A stretch of DNA of 63,400 nucleotides, counting the filler, from Bigelowiella natans CCMP2755 (taxonomy: Eukaryota; Protista; Cercozoa): assembly GCA_000320545.1 (NCBI GenBank). It is 8 parts of 8 records of this genome, joined end to end, with 100 filler letters (N's around TTAATTAATTAA, not from the genome) between each part and the next. Parts side by side here need not be neighbours in the genome. Positions count along the whole stretch, not along the records: positions 19,169 to 39,198 come from ADNK01003358.1; 7 more parts are not named here. One strand, given 5' to 3'. Positions within the stretch are counted from its first letter, which is position 1. Each line of letters opens with the position of its first letter. A program made the position numbers and the translations under genes. Shown here piece by piece: positions 20,042 to 32,238 of this stretch. The notes under the pieces were generated by a model. It made no database searches, was not told the origin of the DNA, and was given only the letters and a program-made list of their open reading frames with translations.

Positions 20042-21670
20042 TCAATCACTGTCATCGCTGTCTGGATCGGCCACTTTGTCGTTCACAACTAGGCCAATTT
20101 GTGTTGCCAGAAAGGCAGCATACAGAGCGAAGAGAAAGTATGCATAAATCCGGGGAAGCCGGCGCCCGCATAGGTAGAAGACTCCTAATGAGCTGAATAG
20201 GGCAGTGAGAAGGAAACCCCACGCGACGTACAGCTCTATACCAAGTGACACCTCCATTTCGAAATTCTCGCGATTCACAGTCGTCACAGTTAGAGAGAGG
20301 CCCAAACCGATTAGATCATTCAGCATGGGGCTTCCAAAGCAAGAAGCAACTGCCATTCGAGGATTGACTCGTGCGGCAGCAGTATCTGCCACAAGATCTC
20401 CCACTGAATTGCCCCATGCAAGCACCGTGATACCCATTACAGCTGAGCTGATCGACGCTAAACTGCCGAGCGTTCCAGCCAAGGCCACGGCTTCCCCCGC
20501 CTCCAAATCTAGCCAAACAATCGTTGAGATTAGAGCCCACGTTACCACGACCCAGTACCAAGATGGAACTTGAGTACCCTGCAAACAGCAATAGTGCAGG
20601 AGGAGGCACAACACACCAATTCCACATGCGACCGAGATCATCACAGTAGCGATGAAATCCCATGTAACTTCATTCGCGACGAAATCCGTGTAGACAAGAT
20701 AGAACCCAATTGGTAGTGAGATTGCAGTCAGCCATGCTTGGCGAGAGCCCCAGATTCCGTCCGCCTCTGGTATGGAGCACCAGCGTATAATACTAAACGG
20801 CCATTCCATCAGCCATTGTATCTTCATCCACGTTTTCACAAATGCATTTGATTCGATGGGGGGCGGAGGGGCTATTCCCTCCAGCTGCAACATCCCTGCG
20901 CAGACTGTCTCTCCCAATTGAAGATCCTCTCCGTCATCATTATTGGGTTTGTGAAGAGATTCATCATCAACCTCTGAGTTCTGTTTGCACCGTGAGTAAA
21001 TTATCACAAAGCCCACATACGCAAAATAGATGCACAGCAGCGAGATGGCCTCATACAAAGATATTTTCCCGTTTAGGGATATCACCAAAATAGCGATGGT
21101 AGCTACCAAGTAGGCAACAATGTCTCGCGTGAATGATACCGCATCAACTTCAATATATTTTGGGGCCTTCATGCCATCAGGTCCACGCTGTTCCGGAGGG
21201 AGGGACTTCCTATCCCCGGCTTCATTAGGGAGATTGATAATTTGATGATACTTGCTGCCTCCAAATTCAGCGTCATCCTCCGGCACTCGAACACTGAGTA
21301 GAACAGCGCCAAGTACTACCGTGCTAATGAACGTTGAAGCTCCGAGTAGTGCCCCGAGCACAAGTTGGAAGTCATCTGCGTCCTGTATACCAGCGAGAGC
21401 TGTGAACACATCCGGTGCGCCATTACCCAGAGCAAGGAGAGTGATTCCCGCCACCTCTGGTCGAAGTCTAAGGAAATTGCTCAACCATTCAAGCTGGGGT
21501 ATAAAATGGCGGTCAGCTGTTGAGGCAAGAAGGCTTAGCAGAAGAATGCCCCAGAGGACGAAGACAATGAGAGTGAAACCTCTCGCAGCAGTCGACTCAC
21601 TACAGTAAATCGATGGGTACGAAATCAACCCGCTATCATCATCGCTATAGTCTGAATCACAATAACCCAT
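20042..21670 (-). CDS. Cation/Ca2+ exchanger, CCX/NCLX (SLC8B1-like) family; one uninterrupted ~1.6 kb exon
   Basis: Alpha-1 repeat AGITLLALGNGAPDVF and alpha-2 repeat GITVLAWGNSVGDLVA, MAVASCFGSPMLN, multiple TM helices. First in-frame ATG is at 21670. Confidence 0.93.
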   Translation of the reverse strand: MGYCDSDYSDDDSGLISYPSIYCSESTAARGFTLIVFVLWGILLLSLLASTADRHFIPQLEWLSNFLRLRPEVAGITLLALGNGAPDVFTALAGIQDADDFQLVLGALLGASTFISTVVLGAVLLSVRVPEDDAEFGGSKYHQIINLPNEAGDRKSLPPEQRGPDGMKAPKYIEVDAVSFTRDIVAYLVATIAILVISLNGKISLYEAISLLCIYFAYVGFVIIYSRCKQNSEVDDESLHKPNNDDGEDLQLGETVCAGMLQLEGIAPPPPIESNAFVKTWMKIQWLMEWPFSIIRWCSIPEADGIWGSRQAWLTAISLPIGFYLVYTDFVANEVTWDFIATVMISVACGIGVLCLLLHYCCLQGTQVPSWYWVVVTWALISTIVWLDLEAGEAVALAGTLGSLASISSAVMGITVLAWGNSVGDLVADTAAARVNPRMAVASCFGSPMLNDLIGLGLSLTVTTVNRENFEMEVSLGIELYVAWGFLLTALFSSLGVFYLCGRRLPRIYAYFLFALYAAFLATQIGLVVNDKVADPDSDDSD

Positions 21671-23096
21671 GATGCTTCTAGATCTGTCCTCCACCGCTTC
21701 GTCGTGGCAGTGATCAGGTTAAGGCAAAGAGAGTCCTACAGTACAACAAGTGCTCCCTTGTAGATCTAGGTAACAAATCTTCGGATTGAAGTAAGATTTT
21801 CGGTCTGCTAGATCTAGATCTAGGTCAGTTACATGTACATAAAAAATCTACAGTGGCGTTACCGCACAGCTTGGATGTCGCGCCATTCGATGTTTCTTGA
21901 TGGAAAACAGGCGGTTTTTATACTGCGACAACATAACTTGGATGTCTCTGGAGATTCACGTGAGATGGGTTGATTGAATCTCGGAAGGTTCTTGAACGTT
22001 CGCTTGGAAAATGGCGAACCAGGAAGAAGACGATGGCTCGAGAGGCTTGGGTTCTGGGACTCAGGGATGAATCAGGACTTGTTCCGCCCCTGACACCGAG
22101 GAAATAGGGGTAAGGTGCTCGATTGGGTAGCCGTTTTTCAATACAATCAACAGGAAAACGCCCCGTCAACAGGAGACACGCAAATGAACGATTTAGGAAG
22201 ACGGAAAAAATAAACTTTCAGGCACAAGTTTGTGACAGTTATCGGACGGCAGGGGTGCATTCGCTGCATGCAGAGTCTCCCAAAATAGACGGAAGCCAGG
22301 TCTGGAAAGAGCATGGTAAAAGACCAAACGCCAGAAGTTTATTACTTATTGAGGATTTCATCATTTCGATCCCGAGGCTATACGCTGTATTACAAACGCC
22401 TTCAAAGTGCGCAACGCTGAACGAAATACCTGGAAGATATTACTATTCTGCTGGGTGTTACAAGCTAGATTTCAGGCACCTTCGCGCTGACGGAAAAGAC
22501 TGCCACATCGTCATTTTCTCTGGCGTTCGGGGATGATTCTATTTTATGGAACATTATTGAATTCAATCAATCAAATAATACATGAATTTAGCGTACCCTT
22601 AAGGTCCAATATTAGCTATCGTGATGTTTTTGACTCCTCTACAGCTATTCCTAACTAGATACGCACCAGCGTAGCCGTTCATTCCGAAGAGCATGCACGG
22701 CAGAGGCATCCGTAGATGTGCTGCGCTTGAGTCTTATTGTTGAAAGTTACCATAATGAATAAGCAGGATAACTGCTGTGAGTGAGCTATGATATGGGTGT
22801 TGCTATTATATATGTTTCACTATCAAGCTATGCTTTCATGAAATATATATTTTCAAATAATATATTTATGTCATGTTAAGATTGCGCGCAAGAGACTGCA
22901 AGCGACTTGCTCCATACTTTGCACACACGTACATACGTATGCAAACTCTATTTCAACAGCGGATACATGCACTCATCACTGCTACAATGTGTATCAATAG
23001 CTAAATGGCTACTCATGTTGATTTTGTTCATACATGCTATGACTTGTAGGCATATGCATGTGTGCACGCGAGTTTGGCGAAAACGTACCTAACTAT

Positions 23097-23666
23097 TCAT
23101 TTTTTTTTAACCAACCTGCCTGCATCGTGGAATCTCACAAGAAGATAATAAGCACCAGCGCGTGTGATCAGGGTCATCGCCAAGAGAACCGAGAAATTCT
23201 CCCACAATCCGAGGCCGTTCATCAGCAGGGCTGGCTCGGTATTATTACGCTCTTCATTCAAGCTGACCGTATCGCCGTTTGACGCTCTGAATTCACCTAA
23301 AATATGTTTCCCCGATCATCTGCTACAACTGACTCATGCAAGGTGATGACCCTCACTCATATAATTGGGGGAAAAACAGCTTGATAGCGACGGCATTTCC
23401 GTCCAAATTAAGATTGAATTTGTCGTCGTCTCGCAGGAATTTCGAGGATTAACACAGCCCCATGAGAGACAGAGAGAGCGCCAGCATCGAAGCGGTACCT
23501 GCTCCCTCGCTTTCATTACCGATCAATCCGATCAGTGCGTAGGAGAATGGGTTGACGTACTTGAAATCCTATGCAACGAAATCAGTCGGTCGGAAAGAAA
23601 AGAGACACAGAGGAGATTTCGGGCACTATCAGCGTGTGTGTACGAAATGAAGACAGCGAGCGAGCG

Positions 23667-23698
<32 letters not shown>

Positions 23699-24045
23699 CA
23701 AGAAAGAGAACTGCTAGAAGATTCAATCATCATTCAAGTTACCACGTAGAGAAGACTCAGGAATAATGGCGATGGTGACGCAGATATCTCCTACTACACG
23801 CTCAGTACCTCTAAGCCCTCGATGCCTCTTTGCGCAAGGGCGAACAACAGAAAGATTGGCGGCGTATGGAGCAAGATAGCCAGGGCAAAACTTGGGCTGA
23901 CGATTGCTGCGACGAGGCCTGAGTAAGGGTAAAAATAGTGCTGTAATGCCGAGAGAAATCTTCGGGTATGAGGAAGCTGAGTCGAGGTGATAGATAACTG
24001 AATGCATCTCTTACCCAGGGTCTCATTGTGGAGCATGAACACAAT

Positions 24046-24097
<52 letters not shown>

Positions 24098-24460
24098 ACT
24101 CTCACAAAACCGCATTCACGAGCATTGCCAAGACAATATGATACCCACCCCCCCTGCAAATCAATGGGTCCTGGAGGAGATTATTAGATGTATTGACAAG
24201 AGATTGGCATCGACAGCAGCCGCCCCACCAAGGCGACAAAATCCCACCGATGTTTCTGCTTTCACGTTGGGTCGGGGATGCTGCGATCATAACTGTTATT
24301 TTGAGAGCTGTTGTTATATAGGCGATACCATGATAAGCAGGCACGGCACGAAGTGGAGCTCCGACAGCCCAGCTAGAAAGTAAAAGCTCATCGAGAACAC
24401 AAGCGCCGAGAACGACTCTACCCCCTAACGGATGGATGCAGGTGTTGATTGCGAGACTCT

Positions 24461-24500
<40 letters not shown>

Positions 24501-25453
24501 TACTCAACTACAGCAATACGTGACACCACCATCTCTCACCCACCCACGAGCAGGCTGTGAGGGAGGCAAAGTGCGCGAATAGGCCATATCGCTTGCTAGC
24601 GGTCTCGCGTCGTAGAAGCCCTGCAGCAAAAGTCAGGCAGAAACCACTTTCAATTAAACAGAAATTAACCTATACAAAACAATCTGTAAGCGTATGTGGG
24701 CACGAATTGAAGGAGCACAGCTGCATAAAAGGAACCGAACCTCGTTCAGCCTCAAACTTCGCAATAGCAGTAAATCCAGGGGTAAAGGCAGCTATCATAA
24801 GGACGATCTAGTGGAAGAGAAGACACGGATATTTGGACGCACACGAGCAATGAGCCGAGGGAAGATAGTCAGAAGAGATCGGACTATTTTCATTAAAAAA
24901 TCTTCATCTGAGCTGAAGGAAAAGCATCGTAGCTTTTGCCGGATTGCAGTCCATCCCCCCCCTCCCCCCCTCCGCCCCGCGCTCATTACACTACCATAAA
25001 GAGGTTCTTGCGAAAGAGCAGCGCTCCCGATGGGATCTCTTCTTGGGATGTGATGAATGGGCGGTACTGTACGCCGAATAGAAGCCCGGCGAGTATCTGA
25101 GAGACATCGTTGTGATGACGATGATGATGAGGATGATGATGATGATGGAGGGCAGCGACAAAGAACATCGTTAATAGAGGCGTGCGATTCCTTTTAACTC
25201 TCGCACTCGCTGCAATCCAATCCTCTATTTCTACCTCTATCTCTCTGTTGATACGGCTACGAGCCATCATAATGAATGCTGCAAAACGAAGACATGAGAA
25301 TGCGCCTACATAGTTGAGAATTTGGGATCCGAGGAGCATTCTATCACGAACCCACTGACGGCACTTTCGCAGCAACAAGCAGCTGGCAGCAAAGCATAGG
25401 ATTCAATGTACGACGGATGTACCTTGTGTGTTTGGGCTGTTCTTACGAATGTA

Positions 25454-25497
<44 letters not shown>

Positions 25498-26360
25498 TAA
25501 GTAAAAGTTAGCGACTCAATGGAGGTTATGCTACTTTTCACTACCTAAATTGCGTCGAAAACGAGGCTGCGACAGCCATACCCGGATAGGCAATAGACCC
25601 CTTTGTCCTATCAGAATGGGAGGGAAGGGGGGGAAGGGGGGGAAGGGGTTAGCATGCGCGGAACAAGGATGGATGTGTCGTGACATTTGATTCCTACCGC
25701 TCAAGTCGGAGCTTCCCCTGAAACTCGGTCTTGAAAACAAACGCCATCATTGCGGACTTCTGGTCATCTGATATCACCTGTAGGTAGTAGTCGGCTGGGC
25801 TGCGAACGGCCACGCCGTGGAGAACGGAGTAAAAACGTGCGTGCGGGAGAATACGCAAAGCGCTGTCATCGCATTCCGAATCGCTGATCTTATTCTTTTT
25901 TTGAAAAAAAAAAGGTTCTCTACTTCTCGGATGGACGGCAAGCACAATCAGAGAGCATTCACACAAAAGCCAACACATACAGTCTCTGTGCATACTCACA
26001 CACAGACACACACACACACACACACACGCCCAGCACCTATAGTCCACCGGGCAGTGCTCTTGAAACATCTCGAAATAGCGCGAGGCCGCTTCTCTGAGAA
26101 GAAAATCAGGTAGAAAAAAAGAAAGGCACGGATATAGAAATACACACACACGCGTACGCACACATACACACACACACGTGCGTACAAACCTAACTGTCTA
26201 CATGAGGGGTAAATAGAGAGGTGGGGAAGAACGAAGGAAGAAATAAGGATTGGGAGGTGATAAGGAAGAGGTTTAATTTTCACATCATAATACACCTTGA
26301 GCCGTTGTACACTATACGCCCGTTTGCCATTAGACATATATTGTCAAACCTTTTATAAGA

Positions 26361-26396
<36 letters not shown>

Positions 26397-26476
26397 CCAC
26401 ACACACGCACGCATACAAGAGAGAGAGAGAGGGAGAGATCGTACATAGCCAAAACTTTTAACATTAAATCACGGTA

Positions 26477-26509
<33 letters not shown>

Positions 26510-26782
26510 GTTCATCCACAGAAAAACGTTTACAACTTCCACAAAACCCAAACGCTTCTGCTTCTTCTACGCTGATTGCAACGTGAGCAGCTCGAATTAC
26601 ATCTTGAACATCTGCGACGAGGGGAGGTGGAAGGATGCCAGCACGGTCTTGCCCTCCTCCATGCACATCCTCTTCAGCAGCCTTGTGATATCCAACGCGA
26701 TGGCAGAGTCAACCCCTGTAAGAAACACAACAACGTCATATTATCGTGAATATTGGGACGCATGTGAAATCAGGAAATCTTT

Positions 26783-26824
<42 letters not shown>

Positions 26825-26829
26825 ATCTC

Positions 26830-26872
<43 letters not shown>

Positions 26873-27108
26873 CTACCAACGCGAAACCGCACACTTACTC
26901 CACAACAAAAACGCCGTTTGTTGTGTTAGCTTAGCATCCAACACTCTCTCACCGGAAGTCGGTTCATCAAGTACGATGATGTTTGCGTCCCTCACGAGCT
27001 GTTCTCCGATCACCAACCGGCGCCTCTCTCCCCCTACGCGGACGAGATTATATGTATTTTTATACGTGCCACGTGACCGAATGAATATTATATAATTAAC
27101 AACTATAG

Positions 27109-27166
<58 letters not shown>

Positions 27167-27552
27167 CGCGCGCGCGTGAAGCTATAACCCGATAAACTCC
27201 GAATTCCGCCGTACCAGTTTTCAACATCTCCGCCGATAAAATGGTGTTGCCTGAAGCGACAAGGAACAAACGGTGCTTTTTATAAGACTCTATATGCTGA
27301 AAGCGCAATCTGGGAGATACGAATGTCGCTGTATTCAGTGTCTGTGCTTCTGGAAGGACAGGGGAGATGGGGAAGAAGGAGGGGAGGGTAGGTTGCCTAT
27401 GTTTTAGCTGTAAAATCTCCAACGTCTTATCAACCTTGGGGGGGAGGAGGGGGGGGGATGGATAGTAGAAAGACAAGAAATGGGAACGGAAGAAATATCG
27501 AATGAGCGAGAGAGAGAAAGATTAATCGAGGAAGAGAGACGAGAGGGGGGGG

Positions 27553-27587
<35 letters not shown>

Positions 27588-27592
27588 AGGAT

Positions 27593-27627
<35 letters not shown>

Positions 27628-29749
27628 TTGTTTGCCAATAATGAGAGATACGAATTCGCTGCTTTATTGCACACATATCGAGTAGCGCTTACTTTATTGT
27701 TTATAAACTCCATGGTGACCTCGCCTGATCGTTGTATTCTCGCAGCGAAGGTCAGCGCCTTTGCAAAGAGAGTGAATCAAATTCTCGTGCTTCCTTCACC
27801 CCCCTCCCCCCCCCCCTCCCTCCTTCGCTTCTCTTTCTTTGTCCGCTATGCGCGAGTGACCAATGACACAACCACCTCTCTCACTGTAGAAGTGGAGAGC
27901 AAGGATATGTCCTGCTCAACGTAGGCGATGTTTCTGGACTGCCTGTGCATGGTCGACGAGGAGGTCAATTAGCACGCAATTGGGGTGATGGTAGGTGGTG
28001 AGACGTCTCTGTCAGGCGGTGTGCTTGTGTCCCTCGCACCCACGCTACTTACGCTATCAGTCATTAACATGACGTACCATGCCGGGGTGACCTTCTTCCC
28101 ATTGACGACAACAAGGCCGCTCGTCACATTTGCCTGGATGTTCCTAGCGAAATGAACGCGGTGTATAGGAGGAGAGATATTCACACTCAAAGCTGTACGT
28201 GCGAGTAGAGAAAGAACCCGCAAAAATCATGATGATTCTTGTCTTGATGAGACAAAGAGCTGATTTGATGGCTCTGTTTCTACGCCTAATTTTCATCACG
28301 ATCAACGCAACTTCATTTTAAGATTGACCCTCTTGCCCTCCCCTTGTGAACGGCAGCGCTCGGATTTTCCCGGTTCTACCTTCCTGTGATGAAGTCGAAA
28401 AGCGAGGACTTTCCAGCTCCGGACGGGCCGAGACACGCGTTAAGCTCTCTGATTTTTGCAGCGCAATGAGAATTGTGTGACTTGCAGCGAGGGTGATATA
28501 GAGCACCTAGCCCCTCCCCTCCACTATCAAAAACGAAACTCATTCAAATCTGTCAGTCCCCAGTTTTTGGTTGTACCCGCTCTTGAGGGCTATTGTGACA
28601 TGGCGAAGGATCTTGATTTTCGGGGTGCGGATGCAAAGATTCTTCACGTATATCTCGGTTGGTATTCCTATCACCTTCTTGTTGTCGTAGCGCCGATTCC
28701 CCAAAAAAGCAAGATCGGACAGCTCCTTCGAGCATTTAATGCGGTGTTTTATCTCCCGTCTAATATGCACAAGCAGGCACTGTTCAGATTACAGCAAAGG
28801 AGCCCACACAACAAACGTCTTGCCCTTTTGATTCGCGTTGGGGTGGGTGGAAGGACTATTCATTGCTTCTCTCACCTTGTAGGACCCTTCGGGATGGACT
28901 CGTTGTCTTCCCACCCTGTAACTGGGGCGTGCGTGACTCCGGGATTTTCCTGCAAGCTGACTCCAGAGCTCGAGCCGCAGGCTACACTGGTGGTTGAGAA
29001 GCTACTTCTGCCACTTTTAAGAGTGGGCTTTTGGAAATGGTGCTTCCTGTCGAAGGTGATGGCGTGTTCATTCAGGTTGTTATTAACCCCCTGTGTCCTG
29101 TGCTTTGCGTCGTCGTGCAAAGCTATTTCTTTGAGGTTTCCTTTTCGATCTCGTTTCGTTAGCCCCTCCTCCCTTACCTTAAATAACAATACGACGGAAA
29201 AATTGAGATAAAATCACTCAGATTTTGCACACGTCACTGTTTCTGTCCCTTCGGCTACCTCGAACAGTTTATGGTGCGTTCCTCCTGCAATCGGAGCGTC
29301 TACTTTCACGTTGGGTGATTCATCCTTGCCTGGAACCTTTGCAATCGTAGATTCCTTTTTGCTTTTCCCTGGAGAAGCTTTCACCTCAGTTGAAGCATCT
29401 GGGTTATTCTCAAATGTCATCCCTGCTGCGGTAGGCACCTTCTCACTTGTCGGCGAACAGGCCTGACAGAAACAGCCACAATCGTATCACCGAGGAGACA
29501 AGACTTCATCCGATCCCCCTCCCCCCCCCTTCACCCTTCGGGCGGCAGCTCACGCTCACCCTGATCATGATGCAGCAGCTCTGGCGAGTTCGGTCCCGTG
29601 TCCTCCCGTCGTAACGAGAACAAATCCTCGGAAATCACGAAATCCAGGCGAATTTTGTCCGCCGCATCGTCGAAAAGGCTGACGCGACGGGGAAACATCG
29701 AGAGAAACACTGCTAAAAATACTCGAGCCAAAAATAGAGTATTGCTCAT
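23097..29749 (-). CDS. ABCG-family (White-like) half transporter with long low-complexity N-terminal extension; many introns
   Basis: Walker A CLGPSGAGKSSL (~28395-28440), Q-loop IAYVEQD..TSTVRE, signature/Walker B GERRRLVIGEQL..IIVLDEPTSG/LDS, SPADYYL, TM exons, KYVNPFSYA. Stop at 23097. The start codon is uncertain. Confidence 0.88.
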
Positions 29750-29829
29750 CTCCGTCAGCAGCTGTCAAGTGGTAGTTCTTCCGTTACTATTTTCACTGCT
29801 GAATTCATCGGTTTCGGCTTGTCGGTAGG

Positions 29830-30950
29830 GTCAAAAATCGATGTCGCAGATTGGAAACGACAGCCTTTTCCGCAGCTCCACTCCACTGCTGGTGGGCATT
29901 TTTGTCGGGTTTCCGAACTTATGAAGGATGAACGCCGGAAGAAATGCTGACAAATTTGTCCGAACTTAACGAACCAATGATTTAAACAAATACATCTCCA
30001 GGGACTCTCCAACAGGGTGCTGACAAGTCCTTGCAACGAATGTTGTTGAGGCTCTGCTGCATGCAAACGCCTGTCTCCCATGTGGTTCTGGCGCATGTAG
30101 ATTTGATCAACGCTTTGTTCATTGTTCATTGTTCATTGCTCTCCAGAGATGTGCAAGAATGCAAATCTCCGGAGACGCTCCATGGATGTGGATTCGCACT
30201 TAGCAACGACGCCTCGGCATTTTTCTGGGCAAAAAGCGGCTTGAAAGTCGTTTGAATGCCCTTCTTCAGACAAAAATGGGTTGATGATGTCGCGTGCCGT
30301 TGCTTGTGGTGAAAGCAACGACAGGAATGACATCCATCATCATTTCGCGTCGATGTTTCTCTGGGCAAAAAGCGGCTTGAAAGTCGTTTGAATGCCCTTC
30401 TTCAGACAAAAATGGGTTGATGATGTCGCGTGCCGTTACTTGTCAACAGGAACAAACTAGCAAACGTCCAGAACGTGTCTGACGGTTTTTTGAGTCAGCT
30501 CCAGCTCCACATGTCATCCCACAGGCCCAGACACGAACTTGTGTTGGCACAACATTGCACACCACCACTTTCGCGAGCGATGAGTGTCATGTGGTGTTGT
30601 CATGTTCACACGTGCACTGTTCTTCACCAGACTAGCAGAGTTGCAGGAAGTGGTTGCCTTCTGCATCGCACGCCTAGCTAGCTAGCTAGACGTGATCGAC
30701 GAGCGCAAGTATGTCACGAACATGCATGCGTGCATGTCGCGTGTTCATCGAGTGACGGTTTGACGGGGTCCCCCTAGCCCCCAAACGGATGAAATTGTGA
30801 TTCAGGGACCAACAACATTGCCGCATGCTGAGTGCAAAATGTGATCAGCAATGCACGTGCTTCATTTTGCAACTCCTTGTGAACAAACTTCATGCATCAT
30901 GGCATTCGAACAAAATCTCCTTCGGAGACAAAAGCCAGCTGCTTTTCTTT
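29830..30950. other. TpA-depleted degenerate intergenic island (probable decayed repeat or duplicated sequence)
   Basis: Hand count gives about 15 TpA in ~1.1 kb, about 10 of them in CTAG/TTAA/TTAG. TG, CA, CATG and TGCA are in excess, and ORF fragments are broken and Cys/His-rich. Confidence 0.7.
30224..30443. repeat. 84-bp direct repeat (30224-30307 and 30360-30443) with a single G/A mismatch
   Basis: tctgggcaaaaagcggc...cgtgccgttGcttgt versus ...cgtgccgttActtgt. Confidence 0.92.
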
Positions 30951-30953
30951 TCG

Positions 30954-31414
30954 TCAGTGCTTCACGTCATGTCTCCAACCAGCCCAGGATGAATCCCCTC
31001 CAATGCTGTTGGTGCTGTTCGTGAAGTTCCGTGACCGCAATGTGCGCTCCTTGCGGCGAGTAACGAAAACTCCACCGAAAAGTGCACTTGATAACAGCAA
31101 ACCTACATTCATGGAAGAGTTATCGCACAATATTTGGGGTTTTCGCGTGTATGTTGAGCATAGATGCAACCTAGACCTCCAACGGCGATGTACATTCTCG
31201 GCAGGAATCTGAACGAGGATGCGGATGATTGTTCAGAGAGAGAGACTCACACACTCAACCACACATAAATAAAGAGAGAGGGGGGGTCGGGGGGGGGGGG
31301 GAGAGATGTAGGAGATGAGGACTCGTTTTTCCCGCCCAGATCATTTGTATTTGAGATCAGAAGATGCTTGGCCGGAGTCTTACGGTTTGGATCGAGACTG
31401 AATCTTGGAATTTG

Positions 31415-31454
<40 letters not shown>

Positions 31455-32125
31455 ACGCGTAGTGAGCATATCATAACGCCTCCATTCTCCGCACGCCTTC
31501 ATCTTCCTGCGACAAAATCTTACTTACTGCACCGATTTGTGACGTTGACGAGAAGGACGTCTCCCTTGCGTAATTTCAAGCCTCCCCCAATCCGACGATG
31601 CAATTTCGTGACGGGCCTGCAGCCATGTTGAAGTCACTATCTCATTCCCTGTGTACTCATCAGAGGACCCCCCCCCCTTCCCTCCTCTGCTAAATTTTGT
31701 TGCGATGGCACTGCTCACCTGCTTCGCCCCGGCCGCATCCAAACGATCAGGTCTGGATCGTCCACGTCCGGTAGCCTGACGATTTAATTGCATTGCGTTC
31801 TGCCAGGCTTTGCCGTTGTTCTACTCGCCAATCATCACAACCATCATCATCGTCATCATCATCATCACCTACATCATCATTATCATCATCATCATCATCG
31901 TCCCTCTGATCATGCGAGCTTCGGTTCATTCCAACCAACCGATAGTTGAAGTATCCGAATCTGGTCTCAGTGTCGTTTTGTAGCTGGCGGTCTTTGAACT
32001 TCGAGCGGTCAGATGCCCACGCGATGTCCCGTTTGCTCCACCGCTCGCCGCTCAGGATCCGGCACTTGCTCTGGACGGGGGGGGGAGGAGGGGGGGGGGA
32101 TATTAGCGCTTCCCACTTCAAGGCG

Positions 32126-32160
<35 letters not shown>

Positions 32161-32197
32161 GTGTGGTGCGCATGTGTGTATCATGCGAGGAAGACAG

Positions 32198-32238
<41 letters not shown>

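Noticed and set aside
22010-22536. Possible small plus-strand gene divergent from CCX
   Set aside because: No consistent spliced frame or recognisable motif was found.
29755-30129. Possible piggyBac-like transposase fragment in the TpA-poor island
   Set aside because: The resemblance is too weak, and no catalytic motif, terminal inverted repeats or target-site duplication could be identified.
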